Notes under the pieces: model-generated
Database searches by the model: none
What the model was told of the DNA's origin: nothing
What the model saw: the letters and a program-made list of their open reading frames with translations, nothing else
Program-made: the position numbers and the translations under genes
Shown: positions 12,301 through 24,300 of the stretch, in pieces
Layout: each line of letters opens with the position of its first letter
How positions within the stretch are numbered: position 1 is the first letter of the stretch
NCBI RefSeq assembly: GCF_018350175.1
Contig: NC_058369.1
Coordinates: 21,764,001 to 21,828,000, forward strand
Reading direction: 5' to 3'
DNA from: Felis catus
Taxonomy: Eukaryota
DNA: 64,000 bases

Positions 12301-15300
12301 CGTATGTTTCTTGGTTGAATGACAGGAGAGACGTGACCCGAGGCCAGATCTATTCGGATCAGGACACTACCTCCGGGAGCCGGGTAATTCCCTTGACATC
12401 CCCGCCCGCTCCCGACAAGGTACAGTCTAAGGGCCTGAGCCTTAGCCAGCCCTGGCTGCTGAGAACCCAGCTAAACCCCTTCTCCCTACACTGGCTTGTT
12501 CCATTATGTTAGGGTCAGGAAATGACCCTTCACAGGGAATTATTTCAAGCATCTGTAGGGAATAATTAACTCACATCTCTGGTTCTGGGCCAAATAAAAT
12601 ACTCTTAAACATACATCCCATTCTTTGTGCCTTTCACCTCATGGTGAATCACTTCTGGTGGAGCTGAGCTAGGCCCCAAGAGGGTCTGAAAGCCCCCAGC
12701 CTCAGCTCACCTCCTGGAGAGCGGTCCCAGGAGCCCCTTCCCCTGCACATAGTGTCACATCCTATGAGGCTCTCTGTAGCCCTTCTCTCCACTGGATCCA
12801 CAGTGACCACCATACCCTCTTGACTGCCCTGGCTGTGGTCCTTGTCCTGCCAGTGGACTGCAGGGCACTGGGGAAGGGACTCCTCCAGGAATCCTACTCA
12901 CGGGCTCCCAGAATCTGCTTCCCTCGGGCCCCTCAGAGCAGCCTGGGGCCTCTTAATACACTCTGGATGCTGGTCCTGGGTGCAAATCCTGCCGCCACCA
13001 CTAGGAAAGTATTTTACCTCAGTTTTCCCATCTGTGAGAGGGGTAAGTGTAGTCATGTCACCACCCAGCCCACAGGGGGCTTATCCAGGTGAAACCCTAG
13101 AAAGCACTGAGCACAGGGTCCCGGTCAATAAAGGAATGAAGGAACCATCTGACGCAGCCAACACTTCTCCCCTCCTACCAATAAAGACACCGGTCTGCAG
13201 GCCCAATCTGGCCACACTACACAGCCTTGTGACTGAGATCTGGTGCAAGGGGGTTCTCCTCCACACGTCCCTGGGCTGGAGGGGCAAACCTCTCTGCCCA
13301 CCCTCTGCAGGTCAATCTCCCCAGTGTTTGTTTCTTCTTTGGCTGACAGGTGGGGCTCAGGGATGCCCAGAACCCTGCAGAACACATAATCTCCTTCCCC
13401 ACGACGAAGGCATGTGGCTCGAGGCTGGGCATGTGGCCAGACACCGGAGGGGTGGGGCCTTCTGAGACTTCAGGGTCCAGATGCTGGTCTTGGGGAATGC
13501 CACAGGAATTCACCAGCCCAATGACTCTCGGTGCACTCCTGGCCCTGCCGTCACTAGGAAGGGACACTGGGCATGTCTCTGCTCCTATGAGCCTATTTCC
13601 TCATCTGGAAATGGGGCCGGTCATGGTCCCGCATGCATGGTTACTCAGCTTCTATTCCCCACCCCAAGAGGAGGTACCTGGGTGCAACGGTTAAGGCGGG
13701 GCCACTGAGGACCCCTCCCAAAACTACTGAGGGTAGCATTTGGGGAGTGCGAGTGTTACCTGGCTTTGTCGAAGTATTTGCCCGTGTAGGCCATCCCACA
13801 AGCGGCCCCAAGGCCCTGGCCCAGGGAGCCAGTGGCCACATCGGTGAAAGCTTGTTTCTGTCATAGCAGAGAGCCACAGTTACTCACAGGGGAAAGAGCA
13901 GGCAATAGCATTTCCCAACTACCCTCCCAGAACCCGGTCGTGGGCCCGCCCTCCCCCACCGCTGATCCAGGTGCAGGGCGGGCAGCCTCCACCCAGGGTA
14001 TGACCTCTCACTCTCCTGTAACGGTAACTGTGCCAGCCCTGCCCACAAGCTTGCTGTGTGACCTCAGGCTCCCACATCACCCACCTTACTACACAGTGTC
14101 CGGGAGGAGTCTATGACAAGACTGATGAAACATCTGACCCTTGTGGGTGCCCGGCTTGGTGGGAGGGACAGGGGTGAGTTTTCATGGTGACCCACGAATT
14201 CCAAACATTCGCAGGAGCCAGCACCTCGAGGAGTAAGCTGGGACCCTTCCCTGGGGTGTCACCAGCATCCTGCTGTGACACCCTCACTGACTTCCCGGTG
14301 AACCTGTCTGCACAGCCAGGGAAGCCCAGCGGGGCAAGGAGGCTGGATGTGTGGTGCCTGAGGAGAGGTCGTCTCTGCAGCTGATCCCTGGGCTGGGGCC
14401 TCAAAACACCTTGCTTGTCTTTAAGGACCAGCTTGGGGTGAAGACCGTGCCCTGGAAACCCCCACTACATCCTTCCGTCTTCACCTCAACGCCCTCTTCC
14501 CCCTTTCCACACCATCGGTTTCTCGGTGAGCACCCTGCCCCCTTTTCCCACAGCCCTTGAAAAATAGGAAGTGGAGACAGAGGCCTGTGCTGCTCGAGGT
14601 GGGGGCTGCTTACCGGAACAGGGTGCCCGTCCAAGTCAGAGGTGATCTTCCTCAGGTTCAGCAGCTCCTCCTCAGGCAGGAAGCCGGCCTCAGCCCATAC
14701 GGCATACAGGATGGGAGCCGCGTGGCCCTGCCAGGGGATGAACGGTGGAGGGGGCATCAGCTGGGGAGCTGAGACTTGGGGGCTGTTCCTGCCACACACT
14801 GAAAGCGGGGCCCGGCCGATCCTGCTGGCCCTTCCAGGCAGTAGCAAGTGAAGGCCACGTTCCCCCTTCATCCCTCTCCAGCTCAAAGCTCCCACAGCCA
14901 AGGCCGAGTGGGCTCCGGGACAGGTGCAGGGGGAGCACAGCTGTGGGGCCGGTCGATGCCAAATCCCCAGCAGACAGCCTGCAGCCCTAATCCCTGGTTT
15001 CTGGCATGTGAGCGGACTTGGACAGCCTTCTAAGCTCTCATGCCTGCCCTGGGAGCCCAGAGGCCACAGGGCCAGAGCTGGGTACAGGTGGATTTCAGGG
15101 GTCTGTGGAATAGTTTGTGGCTGTGATTCTCATGAGTGAGTGGCAGGACAGGGCGGCTCATCCCAAACCCTGCTGTGGTGTGCCACTCCTCAGGGAGCAC
15201 ACAGTGGTCCTGGAGTGCTGGCCCAGCACAGAAAGATGTGTGCACAAAGCCACAAAGCTGTACCCCAGACATGGACTTGAGTCCTACCTGTTGACACGAA

Positions 15301-18300
15301 ACAGGGGGAGAACACCTGGCAGATTATTCTCACGGTCCCCTATCAACAGTTGTTTACTTCTTAACGTGGATTTAGTGTGCCAGCTGGGTCAGCACAGACA
15401 AAGACACCAAGAGACGGGCTGGGCCGAGCCGGTGGACGGGGAGCGTGGGTGGAGAGGGTGGGCCGGGGCCAGACTTACACTAGGGGGTAGGCCCCCTTGG
15501 AGATCACTCGCTGCCGGCACCTTCTCACCATTCCAGGGCCCGTGAGACACCTGGCCCAGGAGAAGGCTGGCAGGCTGGGCTCCTACCTTGGAGAGTACAA
15601 AGCGGTCGTTGTGAGGGTTCCGGGGGTCCAGGGGCTTGTAGCGCATGGTGTGGAAAAAGAGGACAGCCATGATCTCCGCGGCACTGCAGCATGACGTGGG
15701 GTGGCTGTGGGCCAGGAGAGAGACAGACGCATGCATCATGGCCCTGGGCCTCTGACCTACAGCACTCACCTCAGGCCCACATATGGGGTCCTGGGGGGTG
15801 CATGTGCTAAGGAGTCACAGGCCTGGCTAACCAGAGCCACGTGCTCCTATTCCTGGGAGGGCTGCACGGGGTCTCAAGGATGCTGTATTGGTGGCACGGG
15901 GTCTCACCCTCCTGGGGCCCAAGAGTCCAGGTCCCCAGAGACACAGCAACTGAATATTTCTGGGGCCAGACTAGAATAAGAAAGAAGGGGCCCCGGAGAC
16001 TGGGCCCAGAATAGACCCGGTGCAAGGCAGTGTTGAGGCTGGAAAGTACAGCCTAGTTCTTACCTCACGGCTCCTAACAGCAGTTGGGAGAGCTTAGCAA
16101 CCGGGAAGCAGTGACCCCTTTATGTCCGACCCGTGAGCTATATCCCGGAGGCACTGCTCAGGACGGTGCCCACTTGTGAGGGATACCCTGCCCTCCCAGG
16201 CTGCCAAGCGTGCTGGCTCTCTCAGGCCATGGGCAGGGGGGTGAGGGAGTAAGGCTCATAGAATGAACACAAATCTCCCAGCAGCCTCAGTCCATGGGGT
16301 CGGCAGTCGGAAAAGTGGGGCTTTGGGCTCTCCGAGACATCACTGGTTACCTGGAAGCTTTTCAACGGGCATTTTAAAAGCTGGTATAGCCATTAAAAGC
16401 CAAGCCTTTGTGCAGAATTTAAAAGGCAAAACATATAATCTCATCTTCCACAAAGGCTAAGATCATGATAAAATGAAAACCCAACAAGGGTTGCAGGGGG
16501 CGCTGACACAAGAGACTGCCCTTCCGGTCCTGGAGTGGTGGGGTCAAGGGGTCTCCCCTTTCTTTAGCCTCTTGCTCTATGAAATACAGTTACTTGAGAG
16601 AGCAAATAACAACCTGCATTAACAACAGAAAGTGCAAAGGTTCTACCTTAGCTGAGAGTTGTTCAGGTCTCTTTGGGCCCCACACAATTAACCCAGCACT
16701 GGGGCTAGAGACTGGGGGACATGCTGTAATTCCTGGTTGGTCCTGAAGCCTCCCTTGTCCACAGTTTTGTCAATATGTTAGCCTCAGAGCCCAGTGCCTC
16801 CCAGCCACCCGCTCCATGCAGCTTAGCATAGCCCTCTGATGCTGCTCGGAGGTCCACGTGGAAACATGCCCAATGCCAAACCCAAGGGGGCATGCAACAT
16901 CTGGAGTTCACGCGCACCTCCCTCCTCCCCTGCTAGTCTGCTCCCCCCACTGGGTTAGGGGGTGAGTCACTCCCAGCGCAGACACATTAGTAGAGAAACC
17001 CAGAACTGCCCATGCTGGTTTAGTACCGCATTCCCGGCACACAATCATCTTATACTTAGCCATCTCTATGAACTCCTGGTCATGGGGAAAAGACACTAGG
17101 CCTGAAAGAGGGAGGTGAGGAGATGTAAATAGGAAACCTTGCTCTGCGGCAGGATCCCCCCCCCCTCATTCCTGTGCTGAACTTCAGCTGGAGGATATCC
17201 CCATCAACACCAGTTAGGCTGATGTCAGGCCTCCCGAGCCTCCCAGGGTGGCCCGGTCTCTGAGGACCCCATGTTTCGGAAGTTATGACCCCATGATGAG
17301 AAGTTGGGGAAGGAGGCGGGTGGAGAGTGGGCCAACCTCTCAGAGAAGAAGGAAGGAAGGCAGGTGCAACAGCTCAACCCGCCCCGCCCATCATGTGAAC
17401 CCAGGTGACATTCCCCACAGGGGCTTCATGTGGCGGCAGCATGCCCAGGCCTGGGCAGAGGAGACGCGGACGGAGGCAGAAGGTCAGCCGTGAAGACACT
17501 CCAGAAGCTGAAGAGTGTTGATTTTACCCTTTCCTTGCTAGGTCCATGATGAGTGAGCCTACAGTGTTATTCCCGCCAAAGCCTGCATCCCAGCCTCACT
17601 GCTGGCCTGGTACCCACAGAGTAAAGAAAGAACAAGTGCTTCACCTCCCCAAGGCTCAGCTCCTTCACTTGTAAATGGGGATGCTGTGGTGGGAGGCGGG
17701 GTGGGTGCCGGGAGGCCCGGTAACATAATGCATCTGTCACCACTGGTCACACCATCTGCTGGAGGACCTGATGCCAAACCTCTCAGTGCTACTCCAACTC
17801 CTCACGTGCTGGCTGGGACCATGACGCCTTGCTGACCATGCGGCAGGCAGGAGGAAAGAAACAAGCCAAAGATTGAGATGTGGCTGAAAACTGTAGAGTG
17901 CTGAGCACACAGGAGATGGTTACTTGTAAGCTCAACCTACTACAGGGACTTCAGGGCCCAGTGTATGGAGTCTGTGGCTTCAGGGCCTGAGTTTTCCCAG
18001 CAACCCCAGCCTGCCTGGGGGCAGACTTCTGGGGGTGGAGGCCCCACCCCTGGTGTTGTGACACACCCATGGATACAAACTGGGTAGAGACGGGTGGGGG
18101 GCTGTAGGGTACTTTACATCCTACTCCCTGTGACGCATGGGGACTACAAGTTTGTCCAAAGTAAACGGTCCACTCTCAGCCTCGATTTGTTTAACCTATG
18201 AAGAGGGCACTGGCTGCTTAGAGTAAGGCCTGATTAAGTGTCTCAATGGTCCCACTTAGCAGAAGACACATTCTTCCAGGTGTTCCCCTTCTCTTCCCTT

Positions 18301-21300
18301 TAGCATGCACTCCATATCTTCACCAGTTTCCCTGCAGGAAAAGTGCAGAGAAGGTCCCTCACCCCTCTGACTAGGCTACTCTCCGTTATCAATATGGCTT
18401 CGAGTCTCCATAAAAATGACGCTTCTCCACCCATACTCAAGCTGGGCCAAATCATAAGGAGTCACAAGGCTTCTCAGCAAAAGAACAAACCAGGGATGCC
18501 AAACAGCCTCACCAAGGGAGACCCCAACGTGTAAAAGTACAAAGGAAGTCATCTACTGTGAAGAGGAAGTAAGTACCCAATGAAGAAAGTAAAAATCACA
18601 AGTGTTGAAAACCCATAGTCAAGAAACAACTTAGAAGGTTAGAAAAATGGAGTGAGCTCAGACAGTAGAAAGATAATAAAAAATAGAAATTCATGAAATA
18701 GGAAGCAAATATACAATAAGAAAAAAAAAAATCAAAGCCAAGAGATAGCTCTTAACAAAAGAGTACAAATTTAGAAAACTTCTGACAAGGCAAGATCCAG
18801 AAAAATAGAAGGCCAGTGTCAGAAGCGGAAGGACAGGCATACCAGATGATACAATACTCTAAACAACCTGACGCAAATAAGTTTCAAAACAGGAAAATGT
18901 TTAAGAAAAAAAATAACTTATCAAAACTAACTCCAGAAGAAATAGAAAACCCAAGTAATCTTTGAACTGTTACAAAGAAACCAATTAGCAGCTGCAGATG
19001 CACATTCACTAAGGCCCAGCAACTCCACTAGTAGCAACGTTCCCCCAGCAAAATGTGTCCTCTAGGAAACACAGGAGTTGTCCCTGCATCGTTTACAATG
19101 GCTACTCCTGGAGGCCACCCATGTGTGCATCAACAAAATAGACTCATCACATTATGTTCAGGTAAGGGAATACATTGCAGCACAGGGACAATGAGTGAAC
19201 GACAGACCCAACACCCACATGTGAGCAAAGTGCACTACAGAAGGATCTGCAGACCAGAGAAGACCATCCTATTTACAGAGATATACAAATATTTTAAAAC
19301 AATAAGGAAAATAATGGGCTGAAAATGCAAAATTCAGGGTGTAGCTCTTTCTGGAGAAGGAGGGACATCCAGGAATGTTAAAGCACTGTAATGTCCTAGT
19401 TCTTAAGCCTGGTGGTAGGCTCATACAGTGTGTTATTTATAACATGTGCATTATTTATATATCTTTTAAAAAAGGTTTGTTTATTTATTTGGGGGAGGGG
19501 AGGGGCAGAGAGAGAGGAGATAGAATCCCAAAGTGGGGTTCCAGGTCATGAACTTTGAGATCATGACCTGAGCTGAAATCAAGAGTCAGACACCCAACTG
19601 ACTGAGCCACCCAAGTGCCCCAGCATTATTTACATTCTTGTTTAGGCATATATTTATTTAAACAAAAATACTCAGGAGGGAATCCCAGGGTGCAAGGTGG
19701 AAGTGAACCTTGAAAGCAGTCCCAACCTCTTTCTGTTCCCAGACGGCCCTAGCTGGCTCCTGCTTGGAAAGACTGCCTCCAGACTTTCCCAGCTTTATCC
19801 CATGCCACCTCCTCTGAGAAGCCCTCCCTGACCACATTATCTAAAAATACCTCTTCTGGCCGGCTGAGTGGCTCAGTCTGTTAAGCGTCCAACTCTTGAT
19901 TTTCGGCTCATGATCTCATGGTCAAGAGATCGAGCCCTGCGTTGGGCTCCGTGCTGAGCACGGAGCCTGCTTAAGATTCTTTCTTTCTCTCTAAATAAAT
20001 AAATAAACAAATAAATAAATAAATAAAATAAAAAGACCTCTTGTTCCCCGCATTGACACTTGCCACCACCTGACATCACATGCCTATTTTCTGCCTGTCT
20101 ATCCTACTGCAACACAAGCTCCGGGCAGGCAGGGACTTTGAGCCTTTTCACTGTCGTATCCTCAGGCCTGAACAGCTCCTGGCACACAATGCACAAATGA
20201 ATAAATGATGTATCCTGGCCCTGAGCCTCTAAGGATGTGACCTCTCTGAGCCTCGGTAAACATGGAGATAGTAACAGAACCTCACGGAATGAGGTAGTGT
20301 ATGTGTAAAGAGCTGGGCACAGTGCACAGAAAAATGGCAGTTGTTCGATATTTGCACTTAACATATCAGAGATGAAGTTAACATCTTCCTCATTTTGAGG
20401 ATGGAACCACTAAGGCTCACAGAAGGGAAGTGCCTTGCCCAAGGTCACAGAGTCTACCAACAGAAGAGCTAGGACAAAAGCAAATGCTATGAGAAAATCA
20501 GGGCGCCTGGGTGGCTCAGCTGGTTAAACATCCGACTTCAGCTCAGGTCATAATTTTGTGGTTTGTGGGTTCGAGCCCCGTATCAGGGTCTGCGCCGACA
20601 GCTCAAAGCCTGGAGCCTGCTTTGGATTCTGTGTCTCCCTCTCTCTCTGCTCCTCCCTGACTCACGCTCTGTCTCTCTCTCAATAATAAATAAATGTTAA
20701 AAAAAAAAAAAAAATTTAAATACTAAGAGAAACTGCTAAACAGATAAAATGTGGTATATCCCCGCACAATGGAATATTCAGCAACAAAAATAACTAAGTG
20801 CTGCAGCCACATGCTACAATATGCAGGACCTTCCAGACATTATGCTAAGTGAAAAAAACCAGACCCTAAAGATCTCATTATGTATGATTCCACGGATATG
20901 AAATGCCCAGAAGAATTAAATTTACAGAAACTAGATTAGTGGTCACCTGGGAGCTGGGAGTGAGTGCAAATGAGCAAGAGGGGCCTTTTAGGAATGATGA
21001 AGTGTCCTGATGAAGTGTCAATCACGGTTAATTTACTAAGTTTACTAAAAGCCACGGCCTGTACACTTAAAATGTTATGATTTGCATATAATACCCAATA
21101 GAGCTGTTGCAGATTGTTTTTAAGTTTATTTATTTATTTTGAGAGAGACAGTGAACAGGGGAGGGGCAGAGAGGCGGTAGGGGTGGGGGGAGAGAGAGTA
21201 CCAAGCAGGCTCCTCACTGTCAGCGCAGAGCCTGCTGTGGGGCTCGAACTCACCAACCGTCAGACCGTGACCAGAATGGAAGTCGGACACTTAACCAACT

Positions 21301-24300
21301 GAGCCACCCAGGTGCCCCCAGATTTGTTTTTCAAAGGAGGAAAGGGGTGGGGAGCCCCCAGTGGAGGAAGTTCTCGAATGTCCGCGTTTCCCTGTCCCGT
21401 CGTACAGCCCTCAGAGATCCATTCAGGCCACAAGTGCAACTTCTGAACAAGAAGCCCAAACCGTGCAGGCCCAGCCAGCCGGGCCCACCTGCCGCTGGAG
21501 TGATTCACCTAGACCCCCACAAACAGCCTGAGCAGACTCTGCCTCACTGGTCAGCGCAAGAGCACAGAAACCTCCGGGCAGGCCCCCACCCTCAGGGTGC
21601 TCCAGGCATCTGGGGCGAACAGCTATGGAAGTTCCAGATGCTGTGACCCAGGCTCTAGTGACCACAGAGCTGCCTAAGGAAGTAAAGCCCAGGGACCAGG
21701 GCTGTGACAGGGGCCACAATGCGTTCAGAGCTGACAGGAAACCATGGAACATCTCAGTCAGACCTTAAGCTGGTTCTTGGTTTCAAGAAACACTGACCAC
21801 CAGCACTGCTGAGTTCCAAGGTCACTCAGGCGAAGAACTGAGTCACTCTAGGCTGGTGTTTTCACACTGAGTTGGGAAATGCTGCTGCTGGGGAAATCTC
21901 AATGGGCTGTGTGTGCTCTTGCCTCAATCAGCATCAGGATAGGGTGGAAAGCAGCCCCCAAGGAAAAGGAGGCCCAGGCAGCAGCTTTCTGCCCAGAGAG
22001 ACAGGGCATACATGGGGCCAGAGACTCAAAGGGGCCTAGGCCATGAAGGGGCCCTCTGAGCACTCAGCCAAAGCATCCTCGAATGCCAAAGCTGGGTATG
22101 TCTTTCCTGTCACTTCAAAGTTACAGGGACCGCCAGAAAGTGGAGCTCATAACAGCAGAGGGCAGGACCCCAGAGCTTGCTCAGTCCGTTCCCCCAGGCT
22201 ACTCGTGAGGGATCCAGTTTGAAAACCACCTAAGGACTTCTCCTTTCAAGATGGGGAAACTTCCCTGGGATGGGAAGGGCCTTTCTTTTTTTTCACATTT
22301 TTATTTATTTTTGAGAGACAGAGAGAGACAGAGCACAAGTGGCAGAGGGGCAGAGAGAGACTGAAACACAGAATCTGAAGCAGGCTCCAGGCTCTGAGCC
22401 GGACACAGAGCCAGGCACAGAGCCCGACGTGGGGCTCGAACTCACAAACTGGGAGATCATGACCTGAGCTGAAGTCGGACGCTGCAGATGCTCAGAACAG
22501 GGCCTGGATTAGGTTCCTGTCGTCTTCTGCTCACCAGCCAGGTCTGGCCAGACATTATATTCCCAGGTATCCCTCCCAACACTGTGGGTCAGAACCCAAG
22601 GGACTCGCTACAGGCACAAATCGTGCCCCCTCTCCCCCCACCCCACACTTCAGGCCTAATTCTAAAGGTGTCCTCCAACAGCACTCAGCACTATTTGGAT
22701 AATGCCACAGCCCAGAGCCCCGGTCAATGAGAGCTACAAAATCTTCATCACCAGCCTCAGCAGCCAGGCCACTTCTGACAAGGCCACCGGGTTTCACTTT
22801 TTTAAAGCCTAGATGAGCTGGCTCCCTGCCACAGTTCCCTCAGCATGTGCAGGGATAGGACCCCGGAGAAGCCTGGCCATTGTTGAAGCTACCTCCACAA
22901 AGAGCCCTCTGTGAGGCTCTGTCCCTCAGCGCCTCTGACACAGAGGCCAGTGTCCTTACTCCCTGGGGCCTGGGGAGCTGACATGGGGTCAGCGATGGCA
23001 GACGAATGGGAAAGCTCCCGAGAATCCAGAACCCTCCTGAACACAGAACGTGTGAGCGCAGCCCCTGTGGGGGGCCATGAAAAGACCTGGCCGAAGCACT
23101 GTTTCTCCCCCAGGGCGTAAGCTCCCCAGAAAAGGGGTGTCCCGAAGGGATGGTCACTTTGGCTGTGGCTGCTGCCCAGACTGGGCCAGGGCCTCACTCC
23201 CTGTGGGGAGTGGGTAGGGCCTCAAGGTGAACATCCAGAGTCCTCTGTTGCCATCTTTTGTGCACACACAGAGCTCAGCACACACCCTCGAACACCCCTC
23301 GTGACAGGGGTTGTGTAGCAGTGTTACTTCCTTCTGAAAAAGAAGTGTTCTCTAAGTCTCTCCTGCGTCTTTACACACTCACAAACAACACAGGAATCAT
23401 GTCTTCTACGCTCTTTTTTTTCCTTTTGGCAACTGGACACTTTTTGAGCTCAGTGAGTTCCTCTAAAAGGCATTACAATGTAAACTTGAGTGTCTCCCAG
23501 GGCCACACACTGTATCTTCTTCCTGCAGGTTTTTAACCACGTAACAGAGACCCAGGAGAGCCACTGATCCCACCCCCAACATCTGTAATGTTATCTTATT
23601 TCTCTCAAAATGCTTTCAGACTGAGTGACATCTGCCATTACTGCACCTGGTCTTCCCTTTTCCAACTTCCCCCTGGGAGGCCCCTTCCATTATAATGTTA
23701 CTTCATTTCTCCAAGTGCCTTCAGACTGACTTGACTGATACCTGCCATTACTGCACCTGGCCTTCTCCTTTCCCCAACTTCCGTCCTCCAGCCTGGCACT
23801 CCCTGCCAGCCCCATGAGTCTTCCTATCAACCCTAGCCCCTCACTGGGAGCACAGAATAGCTAGCCACCAATGAGCAGCTTGGGCAGCTCACTTAACACC
23901 CTAGCCTCAGTTTCGTCATCTGTAAAGTGTGCAGGTAACAGCATCTATCTCATACGGTTATTCTCAAAACGCATGAGACAACATTAGCAATAAAGGATGC
24001 TTTGTGTCATGCCAGGGATACCCATTTGGGGGCAGGACCCTGCAATTGTCTGCAGGTCATATCTAGCCTCGCAAGATGCTCAGATATGTAACACCACTTA
24101 GTCGGGTAACTGCTGTCTCTGCAGCTAGATCCCCAAGAGCCTGGCTAGACAGGTCCTAGCACACAGTAGGGATCAATAAGGCCCTGCAGGGTGAATGACC
24201 CACTGAAATGGTCAAGGGAAGGAGATCTAGTAGTACCCAGCAAGCAACACAGGGTGTGCAGACCTACTGTGTGTCAGGCAGGGGAGGGGCACTGCAAGGT

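Larger units (their letters stand above)
19474..22482. mobile_element. Five Can-SINEs in TKT intron 1 (~19474-19621 -, 19858-20033 +, 20500-20718 +, 21117-21319 -, 22284-22482 -)
   Basis: tRNA-derived heads, GGCTC.AACTCA cores, A/T tails. Confidence 0.88.
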
